From the NCBI RefSeq assembly GCF_009914755.1, contig NC_060934.1: 64,000 nucleotides of DNA; one strand, written 5' to 3'. Source of the DNA: the human T2T-CHM13v2.0 reference genome, Homo sapiens. Under the pieces are notes generated by a model. The model saw only the letters and a list, made by a program, of their open reading frames with translations. It did no database searches and was not told where the DNA came from. Position 1 is the stretch's first letter. Every line of letters starts with the position of its first letter. Below are positions 1 through 19,021 of this stretch, piece by piece. Position numbers and translations under genes: made by a program.

Positions 1-23
1 ACTCCATCTCAAAAAAAAAAAAA
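1..23 (+). mobile_element. Alu 3' end and poly(A) tail (cut by window edge)
   Basis: actccatctc + A-run. Confidence 0.8.
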
Positions 24-354
24 ATTTTATAGAACTGGGAAGTGCAAGGAAGTGATTAGCACAGTCATGGCAGTGGTCGTTTCTCGCAGGTAACCACTGT
101 AGGTAACTGCTTTGTGATTAGGAAAGGAGCACACCCATGACTTCTGGGGTGTCAGCAGTGCTCTGTTTCTTGTGGTTATGTTGGTGTTCTATTAATTTAC
201 ACTGAATACTTAACTACATTTTTCTATATATGGGATATATTTTCATAATTTTAAAAACCCTGTTCTAACAGTTTAGGAGAGAGGAAATGAAATTTTATCT
301 GACAAAATATTTTCCTATCTAATTTAGATATATAAAATATGTAAAATTAAAACA

Positions 355-600
355 TTTTGAGGAAGTACTATTTATATTTAGCCCTTTTATGTGAGAGATA
401 CTATCGTAAGTTTTGCATATATTAACTCATTTAGTCTTCACAACTTTATAAGGAAGGTATGTATTGTCTACGATTTTGTAGATAAAGTAACTATTATCTG
501 AGGAAGTTAAGCAACTTGTCCACAGTACACATCTGATAAATGGTGAAACGAGTGTTTGAATTTGGGCAGTCTAGCTTCAGAACCACTAAACTCTTTAGCA
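355..600 (-). mobile_element. MIR-like SINE
   Basis: Degenerate MIR core (ttaactcatttagtcttcacaac...gaggaagttaagcaacttgtcc). Confidence 0.6.
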
Positions 601-818
601 CTATTAGGCTCTACTATTGAAAACCTTGATTACAAGAGCAAAATTACCAGGATATTCTAGTGGAATGAGTCTTCTAACTACTTCAGGGAAAACGCCAATC
701 GTTTTGAAATATAATGGTGTTTATGGTTTATTTGTATTTCATAAAGATGTAATTTCATAATTCTAAGTTCTTAGTTAACTGTGTTGTGATCTCTCTGTTG
801 ACAAAATTTCATTTTTAG

Positions 819-974
<156 letters not shown>

Positions 975-1022
975 TAATACTAATTCTTAGCTTTAAACAG
1001 ATAAATTCTAACAAATCATTTA

Positions 1023-1386
<364 letters not shown>

Positions 1387-1447
1387 TTACAGTATTTTGG
1401 AGACATTCTGGTTTTGAGAGTATTCGAAAAATTCATCCTTTGCCTTT

Positions 1448-1748
1448 GGCCGGGCATGGTGGCTCACATCTATATATAACCCCAGCACTTTGGGAGGCTG
1501 AGGCAGGTGGATAACTTGAGGAGGGAATTCAAGACTAGCCTAGCCAACATGGTGAAACCCCATCTCTACTAAAAATACAAAAAATTAGCTGGGTGTGGTG
1601 GCGCACACCTGTAATCCCAACAACTCAGAAGGCTGAGGCATGAGAATGGCTTAAACCTGGGAGGCAGAGGGTGCAGTGAGCCAAGATCACACCCCTGCAC
1701 TCCAGCCTGGGTGATAGAGCAAGATCCTGTCTCAAAAAAAAAGAAAAA
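1448..1748 (+). mobile_element. Alu, full length
   Basis: ggccgggcatggtggctc...gtctc + A tail. Confidence 0.93.
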
Positions 1749-1866
1749 TTTATTGTCAATTATTTTATAGTTTTTTAAATAGTTGGTTTGTTCAATTAAG
1801 AGTCCAGACAGGGTTCGTACTTGATATTTAGTTGATGTCTCTGAAATGTGATCATTTGGTATATAG

Positions 1867-2388
1867 CAGGGGTTCTTAACCTTTTTTGCAGTGTGGACTG
1901 CTTTGGCTGTTTGAAGCATATGGATCCTTCACAATTTTTTTTTTAATTTTTAAATTTATTTTTTTTTTACTTTTTTCCACAACAAAAGCCACATTCAACA
2001 CAATTTTTAATGCATAAATTAAAATACTTTGGATCACAAAGGAGATGAATTGTATTCGCATGGTTATTATTTTAAAAAATATTATATAATTATTTAATGT
2101 ATTCAAAAAACAAGATAGTAGTGGGTCTAATAGCTACCATAAGTTTGAAGTACTGATACATGTAAACAATATTTTGACATCTGACAAGTGTTACCTAATA
2201 TGAAAATAGCTCTTCTTTTGGTAGTCACAGATACTAATACTACTACTGTGGTTCTTGTCGTGTTCGTTATAGAAGGGAAATGCTAAATCTCATTTTGAGG
2301 TTAATAAAAATAAAGATGTAAATTTTTTTCCTACTCAGATCACAGATCTTCTGAATTTTATCTTTGAAATCCAGGTTAAGAACCTCCA
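1867..2388. mobile_element. hAT-Charlie-type non-autonomous DNA transposon
   Basis: Terminal inverted repeats CAGGGGTTCTTAACCT / AGGTTAAGAACCTCCA; perfect 8-bp TSD GTATATAG at 1859-1866 and 2389-2396. Confidence 0.85.
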
Positions 2389-2694
2389 GTATATAGGTTT
2401 AGTTTACCTGCCCTCAATTTTTTTTTTCCTCTTTATTTGTTGAAGAAAGCAGGTAAACCCATCTCCCCCCAAGCTTTGTTTCTGTATATGTACGTTTTGT
2501 TGTGGTTGTTTTTGAACCATCCAAGAATAAGTAAAACATCATGTCATGTCATCTCTAAAATTTAAGCATGCATCTCCTAACAATAAGAACATTCTTTTGT
2601 ATAGCCACAGTATCATTGTTACACCTAAGAAATTTAACATTAACCTAATATCCTCTAAAAAGTATCCATATTCAAGTTTTCTCAATTATCCTAA

Positions 2695-3165
<471 letters not shown>

Positions 3166-3666
3166 TGAATGATATGTACTTATGGTGTCATATAATGTGT
3201 CCCATTGTTAGTGATACTAGGTTTGATCACCTGCAGATCTCTCCGTTGTAAAGGTATCCCTTTGCCCCTTTGTAATTTAATAATATGTGAGATTATTCTT
3301 CAAGTCAGGTTCTCCCAACAACTTCAGTTGCTTTAGCACTTTGTTGACTCTTGCCTGAATCAGTTGTTACACTGGGGGGTTTCAAAATGGTGATTCATAA
3401 ATTCTGTTATTGCTGCTGCATTTATTAGCTGTCACTCTTCTGTAGAAAAGAGTCTCCAATTTTCATTTTTTAAAAAAGTATCACTGTGATTCATGAATTT
3501 TTTTTTTAATTCAATATGTTATTACATTGGTATTGTTATTTTGATGCTCAAATTTTCCCAAATATGGCCAGTGGAAATTTCAAGCTAGGTCCTGTGTCCT
3601 ACTAATATTTCCTCTTTAGTCTTCACTTCCTTCCCCTCTGGTAGATGTTCAGGTTCAACTGGAGGT

Positions 3667-3699
<33 letters not shown>

Positions 3700-3710
3700 C
3701 TGCAAATTTT

Positions 3711-3998
3711 GGCTGGGCACAGTGGCTTGACTCTGTAATCCTAGGTACTTAAGAGGCTAAAGCATGAGGATCACTTGAGGGCAGGAGTTCGAGAACCGCC
3801 TGGGCACATAGCAAGACCTGGTCTCTACAAAAAAGGTGTGGTGGTGCACACCTGTAGTCCTAGCCACTCAGGAGGCTGAAGCAGGAGGATCACTTGAATC
3901 CAGGAGTTTGAGGTTGCAGTGAGCTATGACCGCACCACTGCACTCCAGCCTGAGCAACAAGAGCAAGACCCTGTCTCAAAAAAAAAAAAAAAAAAAAA
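3711..3998 (+). mobile_element. Alu (J-like)
   Basis: Diverged dimeric Alu with A tail. Confidence 0.9.
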
Positions 3999-4110
3999 TC
4001 TAGCATTGAAAAGCAAAATTTTTTCAGGGTGGTTTAAATTACTTTCAATTCTCATTATCTACTTAAAGCCTGTAGGTTAGTTTTTTTGTTATAAGTCAAT
4101 TTATCATTGA

Positions 4111-6569
<2,459 letters not shown>

Positions 6570-6854
6570 TAGGCATTTGAAGCTGTGACATAAGAGTACT
6601 GTCTGATGGTCAGTTTTTGTCAGTAACCATTTTTATCTGAAGCACAATGGAATTAGTTGAATATTTGATTCCGTTTTGTCCAGATTGTATTAAAATTAGA
6701 AAGCAAACTTATAAGTGATAGTGTGTTATTGGTCTCATAAACTTGACAGTTTTGACAAATCTTTTACTTAGTATAATACTAAAACTACAAAGAGCTTAAA
6801 AAAAAAAAAAAAGATGTGCCTACAGTTGTACCATCCCAACCATATTCTGACAAC

Positions 6855-7240
<386 letters not shown>

Positions 7241-7408
7241 TCATATTTTTCTTGTTGCTAGAGTCCTAATTACCAAATTAATAGGCACCTAATATTTGAG
7301 TTGATATGTCTATATATTTAGCTCAATCAAATATAGATTGTTTTAAAATTTTCACTATAAGTAATACAGTGGCTAATACCTTACTAATAAATGGATAATG
7401 TCATATAG

Positions 7409-7600
<192 letters not shown>

Positions 7601-8193
7601 TAGTAATTGGCTATTGTGAAAAGGGCCTTTCTTGCTAACTAGGGCAATATGAAAGAAAAGAACTGAGAAAATATTAAAATGAGGCTTGGACTTTTAATAT
7701 ACATAGGAGTAAATAAGATTTTGTTTTTCTAAACCATTCTAGCTAGGTTAGGATTATACAAGAAATTTTCATTTCCTTAAAATTTAGTTAATTAGCATTA
7801 CTTATTAGTTGTAAGTATTGCTATGAGTTTGAGCTTGTTAGCCTTACCATATTTATCTTACTGCCTTTACATATTTAATGTTTTGATCAAGCATTTTAAT
7901 TGATTTTTAAAACTGCATAGATGTAAACTACCAACACCGATTCTAAAAAATGAAAAGCATTTAAAGAAACTGTTTTTGACAGCATGCGTTATAAAAAGAG
8001 CCAGCCACAAAAATTTAACATTATGAATTGATAAGAGAAAAATGAAGAAAGTATAGGGCTTTTTTGAAGAATATAACATATTAAACTTCATTTCAGCTCA
8101 CATGAGCACAAGTACTAGAGAGGACAGCAAATGAGCACCATTCCTGTGTGTGAAATGTACATGCTTATATAGACAACTTTTTCTTAATTCTAG

Positions 8194-8328
<135 letters not shown>

Positions 8329-8752
8329 TAAGGGCTCCTTGGTGGCCATGACCTATTGCAAGTGGTTATATCAGAGGCTCTGATTGAAAGCATGGGCTTT
8401 GGGGACAGAAAGCTTAGTGTCTTGTGGGCCTTGGGTTGGAATTCTGCCACCTAGTGTGTGATTTTGGACAAGTCACTATTTCTAAGCCTCAGTTTCTTGT
8501 GTGAATTAAGCATTATCATACTTGTTTTATATAATTGCTATCCTGACACATTCTAAGTACTTTGTTAATATTTTTTCAGTGGTGGTTAGATGCTTAGAAA
8601 TTTTCTAGTAATTGTGTCTTTTTTTTCTTCCCTTTAATGGATACTTCTAAGTATTTGTAATTATATGATGTATTTATATTTTTTTGTTTTCTTGAATGTT
8701 TATTCAGACAATAGCCATAGAAAATGTTGGCAGTCATAACATTTGAAACTAA

Positions 8753-9001
<249 letters not shown>

Positions 9002-9342
9002 TAAACAATGTATAGCAAATGGAATTTAGGAAGTTGACTATAAATAGTAACTTTTGTTTTACTGAAATGTTTATGACAATTTTGAGACCATAAATGATTC
9101 ATTTTGTTGATAAAATATGAAATACCTGACGAAAGTTTCTCATCACTTAGTTGTTAGAAAATAACTATAGTTTATAAGCATTAACATTGAATAATGAAAA
9201 TTATATATTTGAGTGACTCATATATACTTCTAATTTTGTACTGACTTAACATGGTTCATAAATTTTCACAGAAAATTTTAAACACAAAACCTAAAACCTA
9301 TTTTGGTAGGTTTGATCATAAAAATCTATACTCAACATATAA

Positions 9343-9696
<354 letters not shown>

Positions 9697-9720
9697 TGAA
9701 TACATATTTTCTCTTTATAG

Positions 9721-9948
<228 letters not shown>

Positions 9949-10174
9949 TAGTTAAAACATACACACAGAGGACAAAAGCTTCCAGCTCTTTTCAGTTTGT
10001 AAAGATTTTAAAGCTTTTTTCCTCATTACCAGGTGAATCTAATACATGTGAACAAACCTAGCATATAGGTTTACAGTAACTTGAATGTTTTACACAGCCC
10101 TTAGAAGGATCTAGTCTGTTATCCTTGTTCTTAAGATTAAAAAATAATTGGTTGCTTTTAAATATTTTACTTAA

Positions 10175-10546
<372 letters not shown>

Positions 10547-10579
10547 TAGGATATTAACTCATAATATGTTTATTTTTAG

Positions 10580-10789
<210 letters not shown>

Positions 10790-10874
10790 TAACAATAAGC
10801 TGGTAATATTTGCTGATGTATATATGAAAAAATCAAACTCAGGCAGTTTTGAATTTTAGTAAGAGTAAAGATAG

Positions 10875-11123
<249 letters not shown>

Positions 11124-11568
11124 TAGTGAAAGAAAACTTAGAAAGTCTTTGCTTATCTGATGTCTTTGTAAAGAAAGAACTTTTCCTTCAAATAACTATG
11201 AAGTTTAGCAGTATTTTATGGCGTTGCATTGGTTTTATTTTCATTGGCATTAATAAACAATATCTTTCTGTCCAGTCTATTCAATGCTTCTGTAATGCAC
11301 AGTCTTTAACAATTATATATGTTCATTTGTATAGACTGCATAGCTCTTCCTGGGTGTCTTCCCAACCTTAAAATTCTTGATGAAATAGCAAAGTAATAGA
11401 AAGTGAACAAAAAGGTAGTTTAGATGTTTAGGCATGATATTTATTTCTTCAGAGCATTAAAATACATATTTTTTAAATCTATGCATTGAACAAACACCAC
11501 TGTAAATAAAGGTTTTATAAGTCAGTGCTTCAGAATTATTTTCCTTCATATGTAAAATATAGGTGATA

Positions 11569-11879
<311 letters not shown>

Positions 11880-11892
11880 TTAAAAAATGTAG

Positions 11893-12057
<165 letters not shown>

Positions 12058-12390
12058 TTGGAAAATACTACCTACTGGTTTGGGAGATGTATATAGTAAT
12101 ATGATTCTCATACCCAGGAACTGTAAATTTAAACCTAAATATTTGGCCAATAGTTTTCAGACTTAAAGCATCATAGTCCTTTTATATTTGTCTTTGTATT
12201 TTATAAGATACTCTGTAATGTCATGTTTGTACTGATAGTTTAAGAATTTAATTTCCTGTACAACTTTTTGTAAAATGTTCTGCTCCTATTTTAAATGTTT
12301 TGAAACATGCTAAATATTCTTTCCTAATTATTTTATCACTTATACTACCTTTTTTATAGCTTCAATTAAATAATCGGTTTTATGACTAAT
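12058..12390 (+). other. SMC3: SMC3 3' UTR (AU-rich; end approximate)
   Basis: AT-rich, several TGTA motifs; ATTAAA followed about 20 nt later by a GT/T-rich tract. Confidence 0.75.
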
Positions 12391-12420
12391 ATAGTGTTTT
12401 ATGTGGCTTTTCATTTGTCA
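12365..12420 (+). terminator. SMC3 polyadenylation signal ATTAAA (12365-12370) plus downstream GU-rich element
   Basis: ttcaATTAAAtaatcgg...atagtgttttatgtggcttttcatttgtc. Confidence 0.72.
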
Positions 12421-12429
12421 TAGTCTCTT

Positions 12430-12586
12430 CCAGTGAGAACACTAATCAGATTGGATGTAAGGCCTCATTTTAACTTAATCACCTCTTTAAAAGACCTGTC
12501 TCCAAATACAGTTAAATTTGAGGTATTGAGGGTTAGGACTTCAACATGTGAGTTTGGGAAGGGAAGCACAAAATCAGCCCCTACCA
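12430..12586 (-). mobile_element. MLT1-type (MaLR) LTR fragment just downstream of the SMC3 poly(A) site
   Basis: ttaacttaatcacctctttaaaagacctgtctccaaatacagt...gttaggacttcaaca resembles the MLT1 terminus. Confidence 0.65.
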
Positions 12587-14089
12587 TGGTATATTTATCA
12601 TTGATACATTACTATCAACTAAGCTCAAGATTTTATTCAGATTTGACTAGTTTTTCCACTAAGGCCCTTTTTCTTTTCTAGGATCCCACAGAGGATACAT
12701 TACATTTACTTACATCTCCTCTAGTCTGTGACAATTTCTCTGTCATTGTTTATCATATCTTGACAATTTTGAATAATATTCACATATTTTGTAGAATGTC
12801 CCTCAAATTAGGTTTGTCTAATATTTTTCTCATGGTTAGATTGGAGCTAATACCACAGAAGCGAAGTATTCTCATTACCTCATATAATAGTACATATTAT
12901 TAACATGTTTTATCACTGATGTTTACCTTGATCACCTACCCAACATTGTACTTGCCAGGTTTCTTTGTTGTGAAGTTACATTTTTTTCCCTTTCCATACT
13001 ACTCTTTTCTTTGAAAGTAGGTCTTTAAGCACTGGGGGTCTCCTGTGACCCTGGAAAACTACCTCAATAGTCCTCGTAGCTTTTTGTAGATTCTTTGAGA
13101 TTTTCTACATAGACAGTCATATCATTTGCAAGAAAGAGGCAGTTTTATTTCTTCCTTTTCAAATATTTACCTTTAATTTCTTTTTCTTGATTTCCCCTGG
13201 CCTGAGTTTATACTGGTTATCTGCAGGAGAATTTGTTAGGAGCTACTCTTCCATCATTGGAAACCAGAAATACCTAAAGAGATACTTTTAAAATAAAGAA
13301 ATAGTAATGGGACTTTAAATTGAATTTAAAAATGTGAGTTTACTTTGGGTTTTCATTTTGACTGGCTGAATCTTTAAATGTTCGGTGTATTATTTATACT
13401 TTGTAGCTTTGCTATAACATAACTGATCTATAATAGAGAATTTGGTATATGTTCTATCTATGACTACATTCAAAGGGTTACGTAACTATAATATCTTTCT
13501 AATATTTCTACCATTTTTCTTACACATTTACCCAAGAATTTTTCTCAAACAACTACCTAAGAATATTCATCATGAATGCTTGGTGTATAGTTTATGATTT
13601 GTAGAGTTGCTCTGATATGACCAACCCCTTATAATACAGAATTTGGTGTAAGGTAAGTTCCAGGATTCAATTCAAGGGATGTTACAAACATAACATCATT
13701 CTAGAACTTCTTAATATTGTTCTTAAGCATTTCCCCAAGGATATTAGTATAATGAAATGCCAGTAAATTTATAACAATAAAGCATCTAAATAATGAAACA
13801 AAATTTTTGTAAAAGCCTATATTCTTTGCGATATCTTAGTCATGAATTAATTCTAATGAGACTGAATAGAAAAATGTGACAATCCTGAGCATGCTTCACC
13901 CAGAAACTTAGAGGAAGGACAGACATTTACCCAAGGAGTTAGCCAGTGATTCATAAGAAAATCTATGCTTCTCTTTGGCTGGATAGTCCTTTCCTCAGAG
14001 TAGTACTGATTCTTCCACTTTGAGATTTTGTTAATACTGTTACAAATACATTACATTCACCATAGTGGAATTGAAGAACATATATTTTA

Positions 14090-14203
14090 AGAGATGGTGG
14101 GGGGGGTCTCATCCCATCACCCACGCTGGAGTGCGGTGGCAGGATCACAGCTCACTGCAACCTTGAACTCCTGGGCTCAGGTGATCTTCTGCTTTGGCCT
14201 GCC
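14090..14203 (-). mobile_element. FLAM / Alu monomer fragment
   Basis: ctggagtgcggtggc...ctcctgggctcaggtgatc. Confidence 0.75.
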
Positions 14204-14766
14204 AATATTAATATTTTGGGGCATTTCCTTCAAATCTTCATAAAAAGTTTTGTGGTTTATGTTTATTCTAGGTGTATAATTTTATATCTTAGATTTTTAA
14301 TTTAGTAATAATATAAAATATTCCTGTTTTAATGCTTTGGAAACAAGATTTTAATAGTCATATACTATTCTGTCAAGTAGAAGTAGCATAATTTACTTAA
14401 ATATCCCACTGGAGGCTTAGATCGTTTTCTTTTGGCTAAAGTACCAAAAATGAATTAAAAAACAGATCAACATTTTTATACATAAAACTCCCAACATTTA
14501 GGATTATTTTCCCAGCGTAGATTCCTAGAAGTCAGAGTGTGAATATTTGTAAGGATTTTTGTATACTCTTTATGCTCTTTTTGAAAAAAATGTAAAATAT
14601 GAAATGGTTAGTATGTAGGTTAAGGATTTGTCTACTCAAAATTAGTGAAATAGTAATTTTAGAAAATGATGTAATTTATAGAAATAATTTTACTGTGAAT
14701 AATATAGTCAGTAGAAAAGGGAGAAATAGAAAGGGAGGATTTCTTTTTTAAGAGTAAGCAATAGCC

Positions 14767-15101
<335 letters not shown>

Positions 15102-15140
15102 TTAATTCTTAAAAGGTGTTTCTCTTTTAACAACTATCTA

Positions 15141-15506
<366 letters not shown>

Positions 15507-15656
15507 TTAAGTAAAGTGAACAGTATTCAGATTTCACTATCACCCAGCAAATGGTCTTACACAGGATACAGCTTCCAGTTGTTGGGTGCTTGCCACAGAG
15601 GTGCAGAGATTATGTTCTGTCTTAAAGATTTAAGAAATCATTTTCTTAAAAATTCT

Positions 15657-16035
<379 letters not shown>

Positions 16036-16169
16036 TTATGCTTAGTCAGCTATCTTAAATGGAGGGAAGTGCAAATGGAACCAGTTGCACATTAATGCAG
16101 TTTAAATGGTAACAGCAAAGTGTTAGCCTGCTGTTAAAAGTTAGGAGGATCTTTCCTTCCCTACTTGGT

Positions 16170-16473
16170 ATTTTTTTCTTTTTTTTTAAAGAGAAGATAG
16201 GGCCTTACTCTGTTGTTCGGGCTGGAGTGCAGTGGTTCAATCATAGCTCACTGCAATCTCCAACTCCTGGGCTCAAGGGTTCCTCTCAGGGCACCTTCCC
16301 AAGTAGGTAGCTAGAATTACAGGTGTGTGCTAACACACCGGCTGATTTCTGATTTTTTAAGTAGATGGGGGTGGGGTCTCACTTTGCCCAGGCTGGTCTC
16401 GAACTCCTGGCCTCAAGTGATCCTTGGCTTCCCAAAGTGTTAGAATTACAGGTGTGAGTCACTGCAGCTGGCC
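16170..16473 (-). mobile_element. Alu (J-like), antisense
   Basis: Diverged reverse-complement Alu. Confidence 0.87.
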
Positions 16474-16770
16474 CTTTTTTGTTTTAAAATTATATGTAAT
16501 TAGGTGGAAATTATCCTCTCCTTTTGTGTGAAGATTGAACAGTGATATCCTTGTTTCCTTAGTTTTATCTTTTGGAAGAAACAATTCTTCTTTTCATCCG
16601 GGAAAAGTAAGAACAGAATCTGTTTCAATTGCCTATTGCCTAGAAGTGTTACAGCTTTTATTTTGGTCACATTAAGTAATTCTTGATAAAGTGGTTAACA
16701 TTTCTAGAAGGAATATTATTTTGGCAAGAGCTCAGATTTCACAAAACGTGTCTTCTTAAAAATGGCTTTC

Positions 16771-17067
<297 letters not shown>

Positions 17068-18490
17068 TCATATCTCCACTTTTTCTAAGTTAGGACTTTG
17101 AAGGATATATTTAGATCCAGAGATACAAAATTTTTTAGTTTAATACCTTAATTTTATAGACGAGGAAATCTGAAGCCCAGATTAGGTAAGTGACCCAAAT
17201 GAATAAATGAGCACACACAGCTTAATAACCCACAGAGCCAGAACCAAGTCCTGGCTTTCCTTCGCAAGCAGGACAGACTCTAATACATTAGCTCTTTTTT
17301 TCTCCCAAGTTAACTATGAAAATGGGAGAGAGATAGTACAGTGTTGATTGATCCTCCACATGACACAGAGAAACAGATTTTAAGGGCACAATTCACCATC
17401 TCTGGTTTTCTTTGCCTTTTGCCTCCCCACTCCTCCTATTTTCTTTAGACTGCACTTATTTAGGTACACTCTGATCACTTATCTCAGTGTCCTAGGGGGA
17501 CTGGATTACTCCTGGCTGCCAGTCTTCTGCATGAAAGATGCCAGCGTTGCTCCATAAATCTGCCACCATGTGGCACTCACTCTCCCCTTCCTAGACACAG
17601 AGTCTCCTGGGTGTAAGAGCCCTTGTGGCAGCCAGTAATTGCTCAGGGACATGAGGCAGCCTAGCGATTAGGTTTGCAAGAAGCACATGGATTTATTTCC
17701 TCTCTCAAGTCCTCACATTGGTTGGTATAACTCTATTATTGGAAAGAGACATTAAGGTTTGAATGTTATCTCATGGATACTTGTGTGTTCAGATCAGTGC
17801 CTGGAAAGTTGATTATCAAACATTAAAGTGTACAGTGATCACAAGTCCTGCTTTGGCTTTATAAATATACACCTAAAATTATTCAGTAATTAACAATGAT
17901 GGCGGTAAAGGCTGGAAACATGGAACTACATATGGGTGGAAAAAACCCACCACCATAGAAAATTGAAGGACACGGGTTTAAGGCAAATCATTTGGGACTA
18001 AGTTAACAGAGGCAGTTAAGGTATAATGTACTAAAGGTCCCTGACACTTCTGAGGCAGAGGCCTTTGCTAGGAGAGGTCTTCAAACACAGGAATCTATCG
18101 TACCACTTCAGAATTAGAAATGATGGCTGCAAAGGTAGATAAGGCTGAGGCTTTCTTCATCATTGGGCTGCTGCTTTGTCTCCCAGTAATTACTTCACTT
18201 TTTTCCCAGAGCCACTAGAGGGGGCCCTTGACACATGCCAACCCCTCCATTTTTTCAGTCTAGTTTTTCAAACTCTAGTTTCTTAGAGTAGAGTTCCAGG
18301 AGCAATGAGATGGTCAAGGTGTGACATTCTTGAGATTTCTCTGTTGCAAGAGTTTGAGCTACGTGTTAACTGCAGCTCAGTAATTGGATGCTTTTAGCCA
18401 AGGTACCTAGTGCTTGCAACAGGTTGGATTGCTGCTTAGAAAGGTATGCAGCAGCTGTTTAATGGGATCTTGTTAACAAAATTTGCAGTC

Positions 18491-19021
18491 TGTATTAGGG
18501 TTCTCTAGAGGGACGGAATAGGATAGATGTATATATGAAGGGTAGTTTATTAAGGAGTATTGACTCACATGATCACAAGGTGGAGTCCCGCAATAGACTG
18601 TCTGCAAGCTGAGGAGCAAGGAAACCAGTCAGAGTCTCAAAACCTCAAAAGTAGGGAAGCCAACAGTGCAGCCTTCAGTCTGTGGCTGAAGACCTGAGAG
18701 CCCCCGGCAAACCACTGGTATAAGTCCAAGAGTTCAAAAGCTGAAGAGCTTGGAGTCCAATGTTAGAGGACAGGAGGCATCCAGCACGGGAGAAAGATGA
18801 AGACTGGAAGTCTCAGGAAGTCTGCTCTTTCCATCTGCCTGTTTTATTCTAGCTGCACTGGCAGCTGATTAGATGGTGCCCACCCAGATTGAAGGTGGGT
18901 CTGCCTCTCCTAATCCACTAACTCAAATGTTAATCTCCTTTGGCAACACCCTCACAAACACACCCAGCAACAATTCTTTGCATTCCTCAATTCAATCAAT
19001 TTGACAATATCAGCCATCACA
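18491..19021 (-). mobile_element. MLT2A-type (ERVL) solo LTR, probably MLT2A2
   Basis: tgtattagggttctctagaggg...gcagctgattagatggtgcccacccagattg...caatatcagccatcaca; CAGTC flanks both ends. Confidence 0.85.

Noticed and set aside
3669-3694. Orphan T26 tract just upstream of an Alu
   Set aside because: Simple mononucleotide repeat with no attached retroposon body or TSD discernible.
18211-18227. CTCF-like GCCACTAGAGGGGGCCC
   Set aside because: Mismatch at the conserved C of the GGC core; too weak without ChIP data.
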